This document shows positions 52,916-64,000 of a stretch of DNA of 64,000 nt, one piece after another. The notes beneath the pieces were generated by a model that did no database searches, was not told where the DNA came from, and worked only from the letters and a program-made list of their open reading frames with translations. A program made the position numbers and the translations under genes. The DNA is from Octopus bimaculoides (Eukaryota): assembly GCF_001194135.2 (NCBI RefSeq), contig NC_068995.1, positions 7,578,229-7,642,228 on the forward strand, read 5' to 3'. Within the stretch, counting starts at the first letter, position 1. Each line of letters opens with the position of its first letter.

Positions 52916-54125
52916 TACAATATGAACAAATAGTGTTAAATTGGATATATATTTTCGTTGACTCAGTCTCACGTTCCAAATAATGTTCCTGGAAAGGGCA
53001 GAACATCTAGACCAATAAGAACTTAGAAACAGATTTGAAGAACCATATCTTTCGAGAAATGCTAACCTAAGATTACGAAAGAATCGTATGACGTAATAAC
53101 CTTAAAATCATTGGATAATTAAAAAAAAAAGAATCAGATGTAATTTATACTGAAAAACAACAAATGTCTTGCGATTCCGAAATATACGCAAAAAAGTTTA
53201 AAATCTTGAAAGGAAGAGCAGAGAGTATAAAAGCTGATACAAACTAATGTTCCACTCTGCTATTGCTGTCATATCTAAAACGATCTTGCAGAATATAAAG
53301 GATAGAAATCAACGCGATAACAATAAGATACAAGAACAACAATGAAGATATATGGTACATACACGGATAGAAAGAGATATGTGGTCTTGTGCAAACGAAA
53401 AGATTGATATATACATATATAATATACACTAGATATATTATATTTTATATAATAGAATATACATACACATACACACAAACAACTATACAACTATATAAAC
53501 TATATATATAAACTCAAAGGTGTACCTGCAGATATTTAAATACAAACACATTTACATATTTAAGTATAAATATATTTAAATATATATACTCTGAAAACGT
53601 TGCCGTGAGGTGTACACAGTATGAAACAGATATTAATCAATATTTCAAAATGTCTACTTATAATAGTCATTTATGTTTCGTCTTTGCTCCAAAACATCTG
53701 TTACCCATCTTAAATCATCTGACAACTTCCTTTCTCTCCATCTCGATAGCTTCTCCACTCCCCCCACTTCCTTCTGACGTATTTTCCTCTTCCTCTTACC
53801 CTTATCCTACCCCTTGCTTTTATATTCATTTCATCTCTTCTCTTTCGTTTTCCCTTTTTATTTTACTACAGTCTTTCCATTCAGTTTCTTCCCTAGCTTT
53901 CGCTTTCGTCCTACTCCCTTTCTTTCTTTCTCTCTCTCTCTCTCCCGCTTTATCTTTCTGCCTTTCTATTTCTCTATTTTCTTTTGTTTTTTCTCGCTAT
54001 CTTTCGTTCTGTCTTCTGATTATCTTTCCTTTTCTCTTTCTTTCCCTTTATCCTTATTCTTTCTCTCGGACTTCCTTTCTCTCTCTTTCTTTCTCTTGTT
54101 TTTTTTCTCTCTCTCTCTCTTTCTC

Positions 54126-54166
<41 letters not shown>

Positions 54167-54314
54167 CTTTATCTTTCTCCCTCTTTCTGCCTTTCTATTT
54201 CTCTCTTTTCTGATGGTCTTTCTCGCTCTCTTTTTTTCTGTCTTTCTGTCTATCTTTCTATTTCTCTTTATCGCTCTTTCTCTATCTTTCGCCCTCTCTT
54301 TCTCTGCCTGTCTG

Positions 54315-54353
<39 letters not shown>

Positions 54354-54709
54354 GTGTCATTGTTTCTTTATTTTCTCCATTTCAACTTTTCCTCATGTAA
54401 GTTTAGTGATATTTAACTCTACAATAATTCTTTTTTCTCCTTCTCTAACCCTTTTTTTTTTGTGTGCTTTCTTACCATTTTAGAATATTTTGTGCTTTAA
54501 TCTTCTTCAGAGGATTTTCTTTAATGTTATTCTAAATAAACTGCGTTGCGCTTCAAAATATCTGTGAAACCCCTAGGACAGGAAACAGCTGTGACCAAAA
54601 TAATCTGTTGTTTGTTTTCATGTCTTTAAAACCTAATATATACACACTTGAAAAAACTAGCGAATACTCTTCCTCGATCTGCATGTGTTTGTGCTTATGC
54701 GTATGTGTA

Positions 54710-54756
<47 letters not shown>

Positions 54757-54793
54757 CTGTACCTAGGTGCATCAAAATGTAATCTCTCTCTCG

Positions 54794-54829
<36 letters not shown>

Positions 54830-54982
54830 GTAAATAAGTAACAAGGCTGTACAGATGTTACGTATTTATATTCTGTTCATACAACTTGGAATTGTACAGA
54901 TATACCGAACTGACAAGGTGCCTCAATTTAAGTACCTAAGTATTAATTATATTTTATGCATGTATGTATATATATACATATA

Positions 54983-55587
54983 ATGAGCGATCTGGAAGAC
55001 GCGAGGGATCTGGAAGACGATCAGTGATCTGGAAGACGATGTGCGATCTGGAGTATATGCCATGAGCGACACTCCCGGAAATGTGGTATTGTGCGTCGAG
55101 AATTCTAGTATCAGGGCTAGAACTTCAATGGAAAGTTCTACTGCGATGTTTTGAAGTGTTTTAAGGAGACCATTTGGCGACAGCACACAAATCTGTGGAG
55201 CGCGAAGAATTAGATTCTTCAGGACCACAATGCATCCTGTCGCCGAGCTCTCTTCAGTCGTGAGTTTTTCGCAAAGAACAACATGGTATCGCCTCCGCAC
55301 CCGCGCTCTTCACCAGATGTAGCACCTGCGGACCAGCATCTCTTTCTCAAGATGGCAATGCAGCTGAAAGTTCGCCGTTTTAAGACCGTTGTCAAGATCC
55401 AAAGTGAATCAAAGATGCTTCTCAACTCGCTTACGACAAGCAAGTTCCAAGCCGTATTCCAAAAGTCTCATGAACGCTGGAAGCTGCATAAGGTAACTGT
55501 TTCGAAGGCGGTAAAACTAAATCTTCGGTAAATAAGTTATTCTTTTATTGAAGAATACTAATCCAGTAACCTTTTGATACCATCTCG
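54983..55587 (+). mobile_element. mariner, 5'-truncated deletion derivative
   Basis: SPPHPRSSPDVAPADQHLFLKM motif, 3' TIR accttttgataccatctcg followed by TA. Same family as 7066 and 60548. Confidence 0.88.
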
Positions 55588-55678
55588 TATATCTATATAT
55601 GGATAATTGAATACATTAATATAGATTTACAGATGTGTTCATGTACATATATACATACGTACAAATATAGACACATAC

Positions 55679-55731
<53 letters not shown>

Positions 55732-56774
55732 TGTGTGTGTGTGCGTGTGTGTGCGTGTGTGTGCTTGAGTATGCATATGCGTGTGTGTATCTCTCTCTCT
55801 ATATATATATATCTATACAAGCATACATGTGTGTATATATATGTTTATGTGCGCTTGTGTGCGCGTATGGTTGTGTGTGAGTGAGTATGTTTATGCGGTT
55901 GTGTGTATGTGGTATATATTATAACAACTAATATAATTGTCCGTTTAAGGAATTAATCATTTAGAATGGAGAGTATATCACATTTATTCAGAACAATATT
56001 TTACGGTCTGAGAACTCGTTTCGCTATATGACTGCCTTTCAGATATTTATTTGCTTTCAGAGAGAAGTATTTATACTAAATATATTCGTGTAAACGAAAA
56101 AAAAAAAAGTCAATCACATCTAACATTAAAACAAACATGTGTAGAAGTATGAATAAACGTTGTTGTGAGAGTAGAAGAAAAAGAACAGACGATGATGAAT
56201 GGGAATATAATTAGAAAGGAGAATAGAGGTAGAGAAATACGTAGGCATAAATATAAGAATTGTACGAGTCGAAGAATGAAGGAAATACAGTTAGGATGCT
56301 ACATTAAGGGGATATGAAAAATCGATCGAATTTGTTTATCATGTTCAACTAATCGAATGATGTTATTGTTTATATAAACAAATTCGACAGTTCATTAGCT
56401 AAGGCGTATTAGTTCTTTTTAGATGAAATTATCTTATACTAGAGTTGACCGTTCATATAAAATCGATTTAATAATTCGCGTCTAAAATAAATGTCGTTAG
56501 AGTAAAAACAATGCTTCCTGCCTTATGGAAATGGATGGAATCGTATATTTCGGTCCGTTAAAAGTGTACGTCCGTTGTGTTGTATTATTTCGTCTCGAGT
56601 ACATTTAAGTTAATTAGAGTCTTAATTAATTTAATTTAATTCTAAATGGACGAACGTAGTAATTTCGGGTTGCCGAACTCAAATTAGCGAGCATGTATAA
56701 AGAAACAATAATATATACTAGCGACAGAGTCAGTGTTAATACCAAGAGACAATATTTATTCACACTTAATCATG

Positions 56775-57058
56775 GATGTTGTGTTAGAGTAAATTAGACT
56801 GCGGTAGTTATGAAAGGAACTCTCATACTGACTGTCGCAGCAAAACTCACTCTTAGCGGGCGGAAAAAATTAGCGCAAACTCCACCGCCTCCATCAGTGA
56901 CAAAATCAAGCAAGGTCGAAAGCACGTGATTTAGTGTTCTCGGCGCTGGAGCTGGCGCGGATTTATCTCCCTGCTAAGAGTGCACTTTGCTCTAAGAGGC
57001 AATATGAATTCCTCTCGTGTTAACTACAGCAGTATAGTTTATTCTAACACGACAAATC
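56775..57058. repeat. About 284-bp old imperfect palindrome
   Basis: Arms about 56775-56908 and 56927-57058, e.g. gtgttagagtaaattagactgcggtagtta vs taactacagcagtatagtttattctaacac, and cactcttagc vs gctaagagtg. Confidence 0.75.
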
Positions 57059-57070
57059 AATCTATCTATC

Positions 57071-57143
<73 letters not shown>

Positions 57144-57310
57144 GTCTGTTTGTGTGAGTGTCAAAATTTGATAACCCTACAAGACTACGTGAAAGCACTA
57201 ATTTATAAAACATGTGACGTATGAATAAAAATCTGTAAATGTACAAACATCGAGACATCTGAGTACCTGATTATTATTTCTTTCTAATATGTATATATAC
57301 ATACATACAT

Positions 57311-57355
<45 letters not shown>

Positions 57356-58062
57356 CATATATATATATGTAATTATATAACAACACACACTCATACACAG
57401 GTACACGCACACACGCATACTACACATACACATATGTATGCATTCTTCGCTTTGAGGCAAAACAAGAAATTACTCAATACCTAATACAGAGTATTATTAA
57501 ATAACTTTACGATTTTGCACATTTATTGGGACGAGAAAATTTACTTTTATTCGTGGATCTAGATGCTTGCATACAAAAGCTTTGAAGTTGTTCTTTGTTA
57601 GACTTATAAACCCTAACGCTATTTTGATACAATATATTTGAAGTACACCAGTTATATTACAAAACCATTCCAAATGAATTTTGCATTAAAGAAACAGTTG
57701 TATTCACATTCTTGTGGTCGCCTGGTATTGCTTTATATTCGTTCCAGCTGTCGCCATTGAGTTACCTATAATTGGATGTTAGAAAACGTTTCTTAAATCT
57801 ATGCAAAGTGCAAGAAATGTAGTTATCACTGAAAGAAACTATCTCGCTAATTGTAATATTTCAATATGTAGAATAACGAAGAGATAAGTAAGCTAATTTC
57901 AAATAGGATTCATGAGTTTTATTGTTTGTCACAGCTGCTTCAATAGAATAAAAACATCATATTCATATCACCACGCCATTAATAAACGTCATTATATAGA
58001 GAGTATATTTTAATATAAACATGTATATCTTATATTTGCGTATATCTTATATGCATTTAGGT

Positions 58063-58113
<51 letters not shown>

Positions 58114-58535
58114 GCGATCTATCTATGTATATGTTTATGTGTGTGTGTGTGTATGCGTGGACGCGCCCGTGTTTGTGGTTAATAAGAAGAAACATGAAGT
58201 AAAGAAAGTGTTTCATTACAGAAATTTACAATTGTTTCGCCGGTATCTTAACTCAAGGTTTTCATTTAATTTTTTTTATATAATATATGCAAGGAAAGAC
58301 TCAAAGTGTATCATTCTATGGATGCAATTCGATGTCTTCTCATCAGAATACTGTATATAACACTGTAATTCATTTTGTAGAGAGAACAAGAATTATACCA
58401 ATAGCCAATACATAAATATATTAAAAAATATTTGCAAGCCATGAAATACTATGAACGAAAATTAAATGATAATAAATACAGAGAAAAAAAAATCATATTT
58501 TAAATCCAATGCCTAAAACAAGTAAAAAATATAAC

Positions 58536-58697
58536 AGGCGTGGTTGTGTGGTAAGAAGCTTGCTTCTCGACAAAATTATTTCCAGGTTCAGTCCCACTGC
58601 GTAGCACCTTGGTTAAGAGCCTACTACTATAGCTTCTGGCCGACCAAAGCCTTGTGAGCGAATTTGGTAGATGGAAACTGAAAGAAGACTTTCCTGC

Positions 58698-58700
<3 letters not shown>
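58536..58700 (+). mobile_element. SINE family B, 5' half
   Basis: aggcgtggttgtgtggtaagaagcttgc...ggttcagtcccactgcgtagcaccttgg...gccgaccaaagccttgtgagcgaatttggtagatggaaactgaaagaag followed by (AT)n(GT)n. Confidence 0.85.
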
Positions 58701-58763
<63 letters not shown>

Positions 58764-59138
58764 GTGTGTGTGTGTGTATAAAGTGCATAAGAAAATGTAA
58801 ATGAGGGTAGTTTCTTAATTTTTGGACTGATTTTGTACATTCCTAATTTAAAATGTTGATGATCTGGAAACATCGTAATTAATATGGCCTTGCGTCGTAT
58901 TGCGCTCTCCTACGGTACCTGCAGTATCACTAATCTCAGTCTGAGAGCATCGGTACCTAATGTTAGCTCTATATAGAGATGGTGCTTAATTGATCTATGA
59001 GGATGCTGGCGGTAGCGGGGAATGTGGTGCTTATGTGGGACCTACGATGTTGTACTCACAGAGTCGCATACACCATTCTATGCCTGACTGGTTGTAATGT
59101 AGTAGTACATAGTGTGTGGATTTTCAAGTTGAGCTCCG

Positions 59139-59155
59139 ATTGGCTGTATGCAAAT
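59139..59155. promoter_or_regulatory. Adjacent CCAAT box and octamer motif
   Basis: ATTGG-ctgt-ATGCAAAT (minus strand ATTTGCAT-acag-CCAAT) in locally non-repetitive sequence. Motif match only. Confidence 0.3.
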
Positions 59156-59844
59156 GAGTTCATTGCTTGGGGTACGGAACACACGTAAGAAAAATAAATA
59201 AATTCGCGTCCGGATCTGGAAACGAAAGGGAAAATGTTGAGGAACATAAAACAAAGATAAAAAAAACATCAGTAACAGCAACAACAACAACAACAACAAC
59301 AGTTCAACAATGAGAATAAGAAACAAGTGTTTCTGCATAGGTGTCATGTGCTTCATCGATTAAGACAGTTCTGGCTTCATATTTCTATAGACAGAAAGAA
59401 ATACCAGAACAGTTTGAGAAATGTGTCGCGGACATTTTTTTCTTTTCTTTTTCAAGAATTTGTTATTAAGATTTTATTAATGCAGCTGATAGCTTTCCTC
59501 ACACGGCTTTAATATTTCTTTCTCTGTGTCTGTCTGTCTGTCTGTCTGTCTGCCTATCTGTCTGTCTGCCTATCTGTCTGTCTGTCAATATCTATATATG
59601 CATACATGTATGTGTGTATGTATGTATTTATGAATTTATGTATGTATTTGTGTATGTATGTATGTTTGTATGTGTATATATATGTATGTATGTATTTGTG
59701 CATGTATGTTTGTATGTATCTTTACATCTATGCATGTATGCACAAATGTATGCAATTATGTATGCACTTAAGTATGTATGTGTGTATGAATGTATTTATA
59801 TATGTATGTTGTGCTCTTCTGCATTATGCATCTGTGAATATCTT

Positions 59845-59929
<85 letters not shown>

Positions 59930-60547
59930 TTTATGCGTGTATGTATCTCTATGCGTTTATACCATCATATATCGTTTACAAACTATTCAGTATTTTTTAA
60001 TATTCACATTTATATATATATAATTTTCTATTTTCTATTTTCATATTTTAATATATAATTTGTTTTTTTATATTTCTATTAATTTTTTTTCTATCGTTGT
60101 CACATCACAGAAAAATTGATTTCATGTATGGACGATTGCATTAAAGATTACCATCCAATTCACAATGTCACACTTTATATTTCATAATACAATTCGTTTA
60201 ATATTATTTCCTGCAGCGTGGCGTCTGCCACAAAATCTTGTGAAATATTGTGGAATATTGGCTATTCTTCTCTTATTACTGTCACAGTTGCTGCTTTCAG
60301 ATATCTAAATAGCGTTTATCAGCTTGATAATTCTAAAGACGAATGGAGTTCACAGAAATTGCTACTGTGACAAAGAATAAAATAAAATATATCAATGAAA
60401 AAAAAAAGGTAGAGAAAATAAAAGGAAAAAGAGACTTAAATACCCACTTAAGAATTTAGAGGATAGTTTCCGCTTAGGGACATATATATAATCTACGGTA
60501 TCGATTATAGCTTTAATGATTTACGCATTCGTGCACTCCTACATATA

Positions 60548-61423
60548 CGAGGTGGTATCAGAAAGTTGCCGGACTAGTTCTGTAACGCGCCAACAGATGG
60601 CAGCATACGGTTGCGTGCGCAGTGAGAGCTGCCAGTGGGCTTCATGAGGCAGTGTGCGGAGTAACATCACTGCGTTTACTTTGCAAGTGGTAATGTTTGT
60701 GGGTATGTAATCACGTGTATGATGTAGTCTGCGATGGACAGGAACAAAGTACCGACGTGAAATTTCGCGTTAGATTTGGGAAGTCTGCTACAGAGATATT
60801 GAGCATGCTTCGGCAAGCTCACAGTGATGAGGCCATGGGTCGTACGCAATGGGCGCTTCAAAAGCGGAAAAACATCGCTGGAAGATGATGAGCCATATGG
60901 AAGACCTGTCATGAGCGTCGCCCCCGGGAATGTGGTATTGTGAATCGAGAATTCGTCCTCCAGAGCCAGACCATCAATCGAAAGTTCAACTGACGCTTTG
61001 AAGCGTTTGAGGAACATTTGGCGCAAACGACTGGATCTGTGGAGCTCGAAGAATTGGATTCTTCTCGACCACAATGCACTCTGTCGCCGAGCATCTTGAG
61101 TTTCTTCCTCAAAACAACATGCTATCTTTTCCACACCCGCCCTATTCACCAGATTTAGCACCTCCGGACTTCCCTCTCTTCTCCCAGACAAAGATGCAGT
61201 TCAACGGTCGTAGTTTTAAGACCGTTGTCGAGATCAGAGCGAATCACTGAAGGTCCAGGGCTCGCTTACGGAAAACGACTTCCAGGCCGTTTTCCAAAAG
61301 TAGAGGTTCCGCTGGGTCAGTGTAATGCTGCGTAAGGTGACGATTGCGAAGGAGAGGATGTTAAAACTTATAAGTTATTTTTATCAACCATAACTGGTAT
61401 GGGAAACTTTCGATACCACCTTA
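60548..61423 (+). mobile_element. mariner non-autonomous deletion derivative with both TIRs and TA target duplication
   Basis: TA-cgaggtggtatcagaaagttgccggactagtt ... aactggtatgggaaactttcgataccacctta-TA. N-terminal EQSTDVKFRVRFGKSATEILSMLRQAHSDEAMGRTQ and C-terminal HPPYSPDLAPPDF. Confidence 0.93.
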
Positions 61424-63737
61424 TACTTAATATATATATTTGTATATGCAAGTATATATTTACATCTCTCTCACTCTGCCTCACTTTCTCTATTAGTAAA
61501 AATGAGTACTTACATTCATACATACCAACACACACACACACACACACGTTATTATTTCGCTAAGGCATAGCGATACCAATAACTTGGTGTTAGAACTAAA
61601 CGTACATAGGCTTCATAACTAAACGTCAGTCGAGAACTGAGCAAAACGAAATTTAAATGAGAAGGGAATAAGAAATTATGTCATGACCTTCATTACCTTA
61701 CAGCTGTTTCTGCTATAGGACGTAATGCACTCCTGCATTGGTGCTACAGTACTTCGAAAAGTGTATGTTTTAATGTGATCTACTTATCTGAGATACTGCA
61801 CGTCATTCGCTATTGATTTAGACTTATTATTACTTAGTTAGGTAGTTATGGATATTATAAATACCAAAGTTTGTAAAATACATCATCTTTGACTACTTCT
61901 TTTCTATGAGGAAGCACGTTGTCCGTTGCATTTATAACGATGATAGTGACTATGTAGTAACGTGTGTAACTGCAAGCAGACATCTTTTCTGTACAGCATT
62001 TTGTTTTATTCCTCATCGTTATTTACGCGATTTATCTATATGCATTGACAGAAATATACACACATATATGCACACACAAACACATACTGCACTGCAGAAT
62101 CGAACGCATATATAATTCTTTTTGTAAATTTAATTCCCAAACCATACGGCTATACCTGTGTCCAATATCTACAGAAATAAAATCTTCAATACGTCCCTAA
62201 CATCTCACTATTAATTACCAAGTTTTTTCCTTCTTCACAGGTATATTTTCAGAAGCAGCAACTCATTTCAATTGAAAGTTTAATAAAACAAAAATTATTT
62301 ATTATTAGATATATCATTTTGCTGAAGACTGGATCTTGGGATTCGTTTAAGTTGTATTCCTGGTAAATAAACTCTGCTGATTCCTTACGAAGCCTCCATA
62401 GTTCCAGTTGGGGCTCGTGGGTTAACAACAGAGTTTTTTTCTGCCAGAATATGAAGACAACTTTGCGAATGAAAGACGTCAACTGTGGCCACCAATGTAT
62501 TTCGAAGATAAAATCTTAATTCATATCCTTTCAATGGCGTTTAGATCTCGCTTTCAAAAATATGCTTAAACATTCGCTGGCTCACTCATGCTAACTGTAA
62601 ATTGGTACAATTTAGAATATCAACTCCCTTCATTATCTGCAGAGGTCTTGTTACATTTTAGTATTGATTAGCTATAAAGATAATCATTCATATGATCAAA
62701 TCAACACGAGGTAAATCCATCCGATTTGGTTAAATCCCTTTTACTTTTACATCGTGTATTTGGCAAAATATTTAACTTTAAAAGTCCCTGTTCGTCTAAC
62801 TTCATATAGTACGACGTGAACGTGAATCTAGTAGTTAACTGATGTTTTATTTATGACATGTTTCTATGACATGCAATAGTACTGTGAAACGCTCTCAAGA
62901 TTTGGTCTCCTGTGGACGCAGACAGAGCTGTGTGATTAATAAGTTCATTTCATATGTATGAAAATACCCGGATCCGTTCTTTTGCTCAGTACTTTGAATA
63001 AGCGGCTGTTGCCATAACTGAAGTGTCCAAAGCCTTGGAGTAATCTGTCGTAGACGTATCTATGTTACTCCTTTGAAGTGAATGCTCCAGTTCCGGTTAG
63101 ATGTAAATCATCTAAAGATTTTACACAGTTACATGGATCTTAGTTGCCGTCTTGAAAATGGTCAAGGACACCACCCTTGCACACTTGAATACGTCACAAA
63201 ATAGCACATAACAACGGAAAATTCTGTGGAGAATCGTGGTTCTATAGAATTATATGTAAATTCTTAGCAGGTACGATTTTGTGAAATCAAAACCTGCTAG
63301 TAGATTAAAAATAAAATACAATTTTAAGAATCTCATAACCAGCGCCACAGATGGCCATTTCTTTTAACAGTATAATTAATGCTACGGCCTTCATATATTC
63401 TATATGAATTTTGGAATATAAACCAAATTTTATGTGAGTATAACCAGTTACAATTTGGCTTCTTATACAGCCGGCATTTACCTTTGCTTTGCTTTACGTA
63501 AACATTCACATTATTGTATTAAGTTCACCTGGGATTCGGAAGAAAATTTGGATTCTTGCCGCTATATTAAAACCTTATATATACGCACGTATGTATAAAA
63601 GTATATATGCCAGTCAGAGACTCACATACGCAGAGAATTTTGTACAGGGTGAACGTAATGGAAATATACAGCTTACAGAGCAGCGAGTTAAATATAATTC
63701 CTGTCAGTAGTATTTATTTCGGTGATGTCAACCTAGT

Positions 63738-63770
<33 letters not shown>

Positions 63771-64000
63771 ATACGCATGTATATTTATATATGTAGGTAT
63801 ATATGTGTGTGCATATATATATGTAGATGTAAATACATATATATACACATATATATATATGTATATATGTATATATATATATTTGTATGTATGTATGTAT
63901 GTATGTATGTATACTCAAACACCATATTTTTACTTACAACTATGATTAAGATTACCGGTGGGTCAATCATCAATGTTTTGTGTGTTTTTGTTGTCAAAAT

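Noticed and set aside
53605-54416. 200-aa hydrophobic ORFs as membrane proteins
   Set aside because: They translate a degenerate (CT/CTTT)-rich tract and consist of F/L/S only.
62322-62350. CTGAAGA followed by a short hairpin
   Set aside because: No GAAA or stem I follows. Similar lone CTGANGA hits at 16394, 23024, 32451 and 32490 were also dismissed.
62435-62570. Possible terminal exon after ttttttctgccag (YEDNFANERRQLWPPMYF...)
   Set aside because: The peptide is short and unrecognised, with no partner exon or other support.

Overview
Eukaryotic, AT-rich, microsatellite-saturated genomic DNA with many N gaps, most of them inside microsatellites. The repeat families and the simple-repeat load point to an octopod cephalopod (Octopus sp.) short-read scaffold; this is my inference, not a database result. 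I found no supportable protein-coding gene, rRNA, true tRNA or CRISPR array. Almost all listed ORFs are microsatellite or N-gap artefacts, and the few with real protein signal are transposon fossils. The window reads as intronic or intergenic TE debris: several tRNA-derived SINE families, four mariner transposase relics plus a mariner-derived MITE, a decayed RTE LINE, two R4/Dong-like RLE fragments beside (TAA)n, a CR1/L2-like 3' end, and two Penelope-like (PLE) fragments. The most notable signal is a set of minimal type-I hammerhead ribozyme (HHR) motifs. One has a fully intact core (52541-52598), three have a single core substitution (14157, 47437, 47836), one has an intact core with a decayed stem II (36423), and about ten are degraded. 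The copies at 47437 and 47836 form a tail-out inverted repeat, and a degraded copy lies just 3' of a PLE ORF end. There are also three long imperfect palindromes (33.9, 51.9 and 56.8 kb). Coordinates were read by hand, and the ends of degenerate repeats are approximate.
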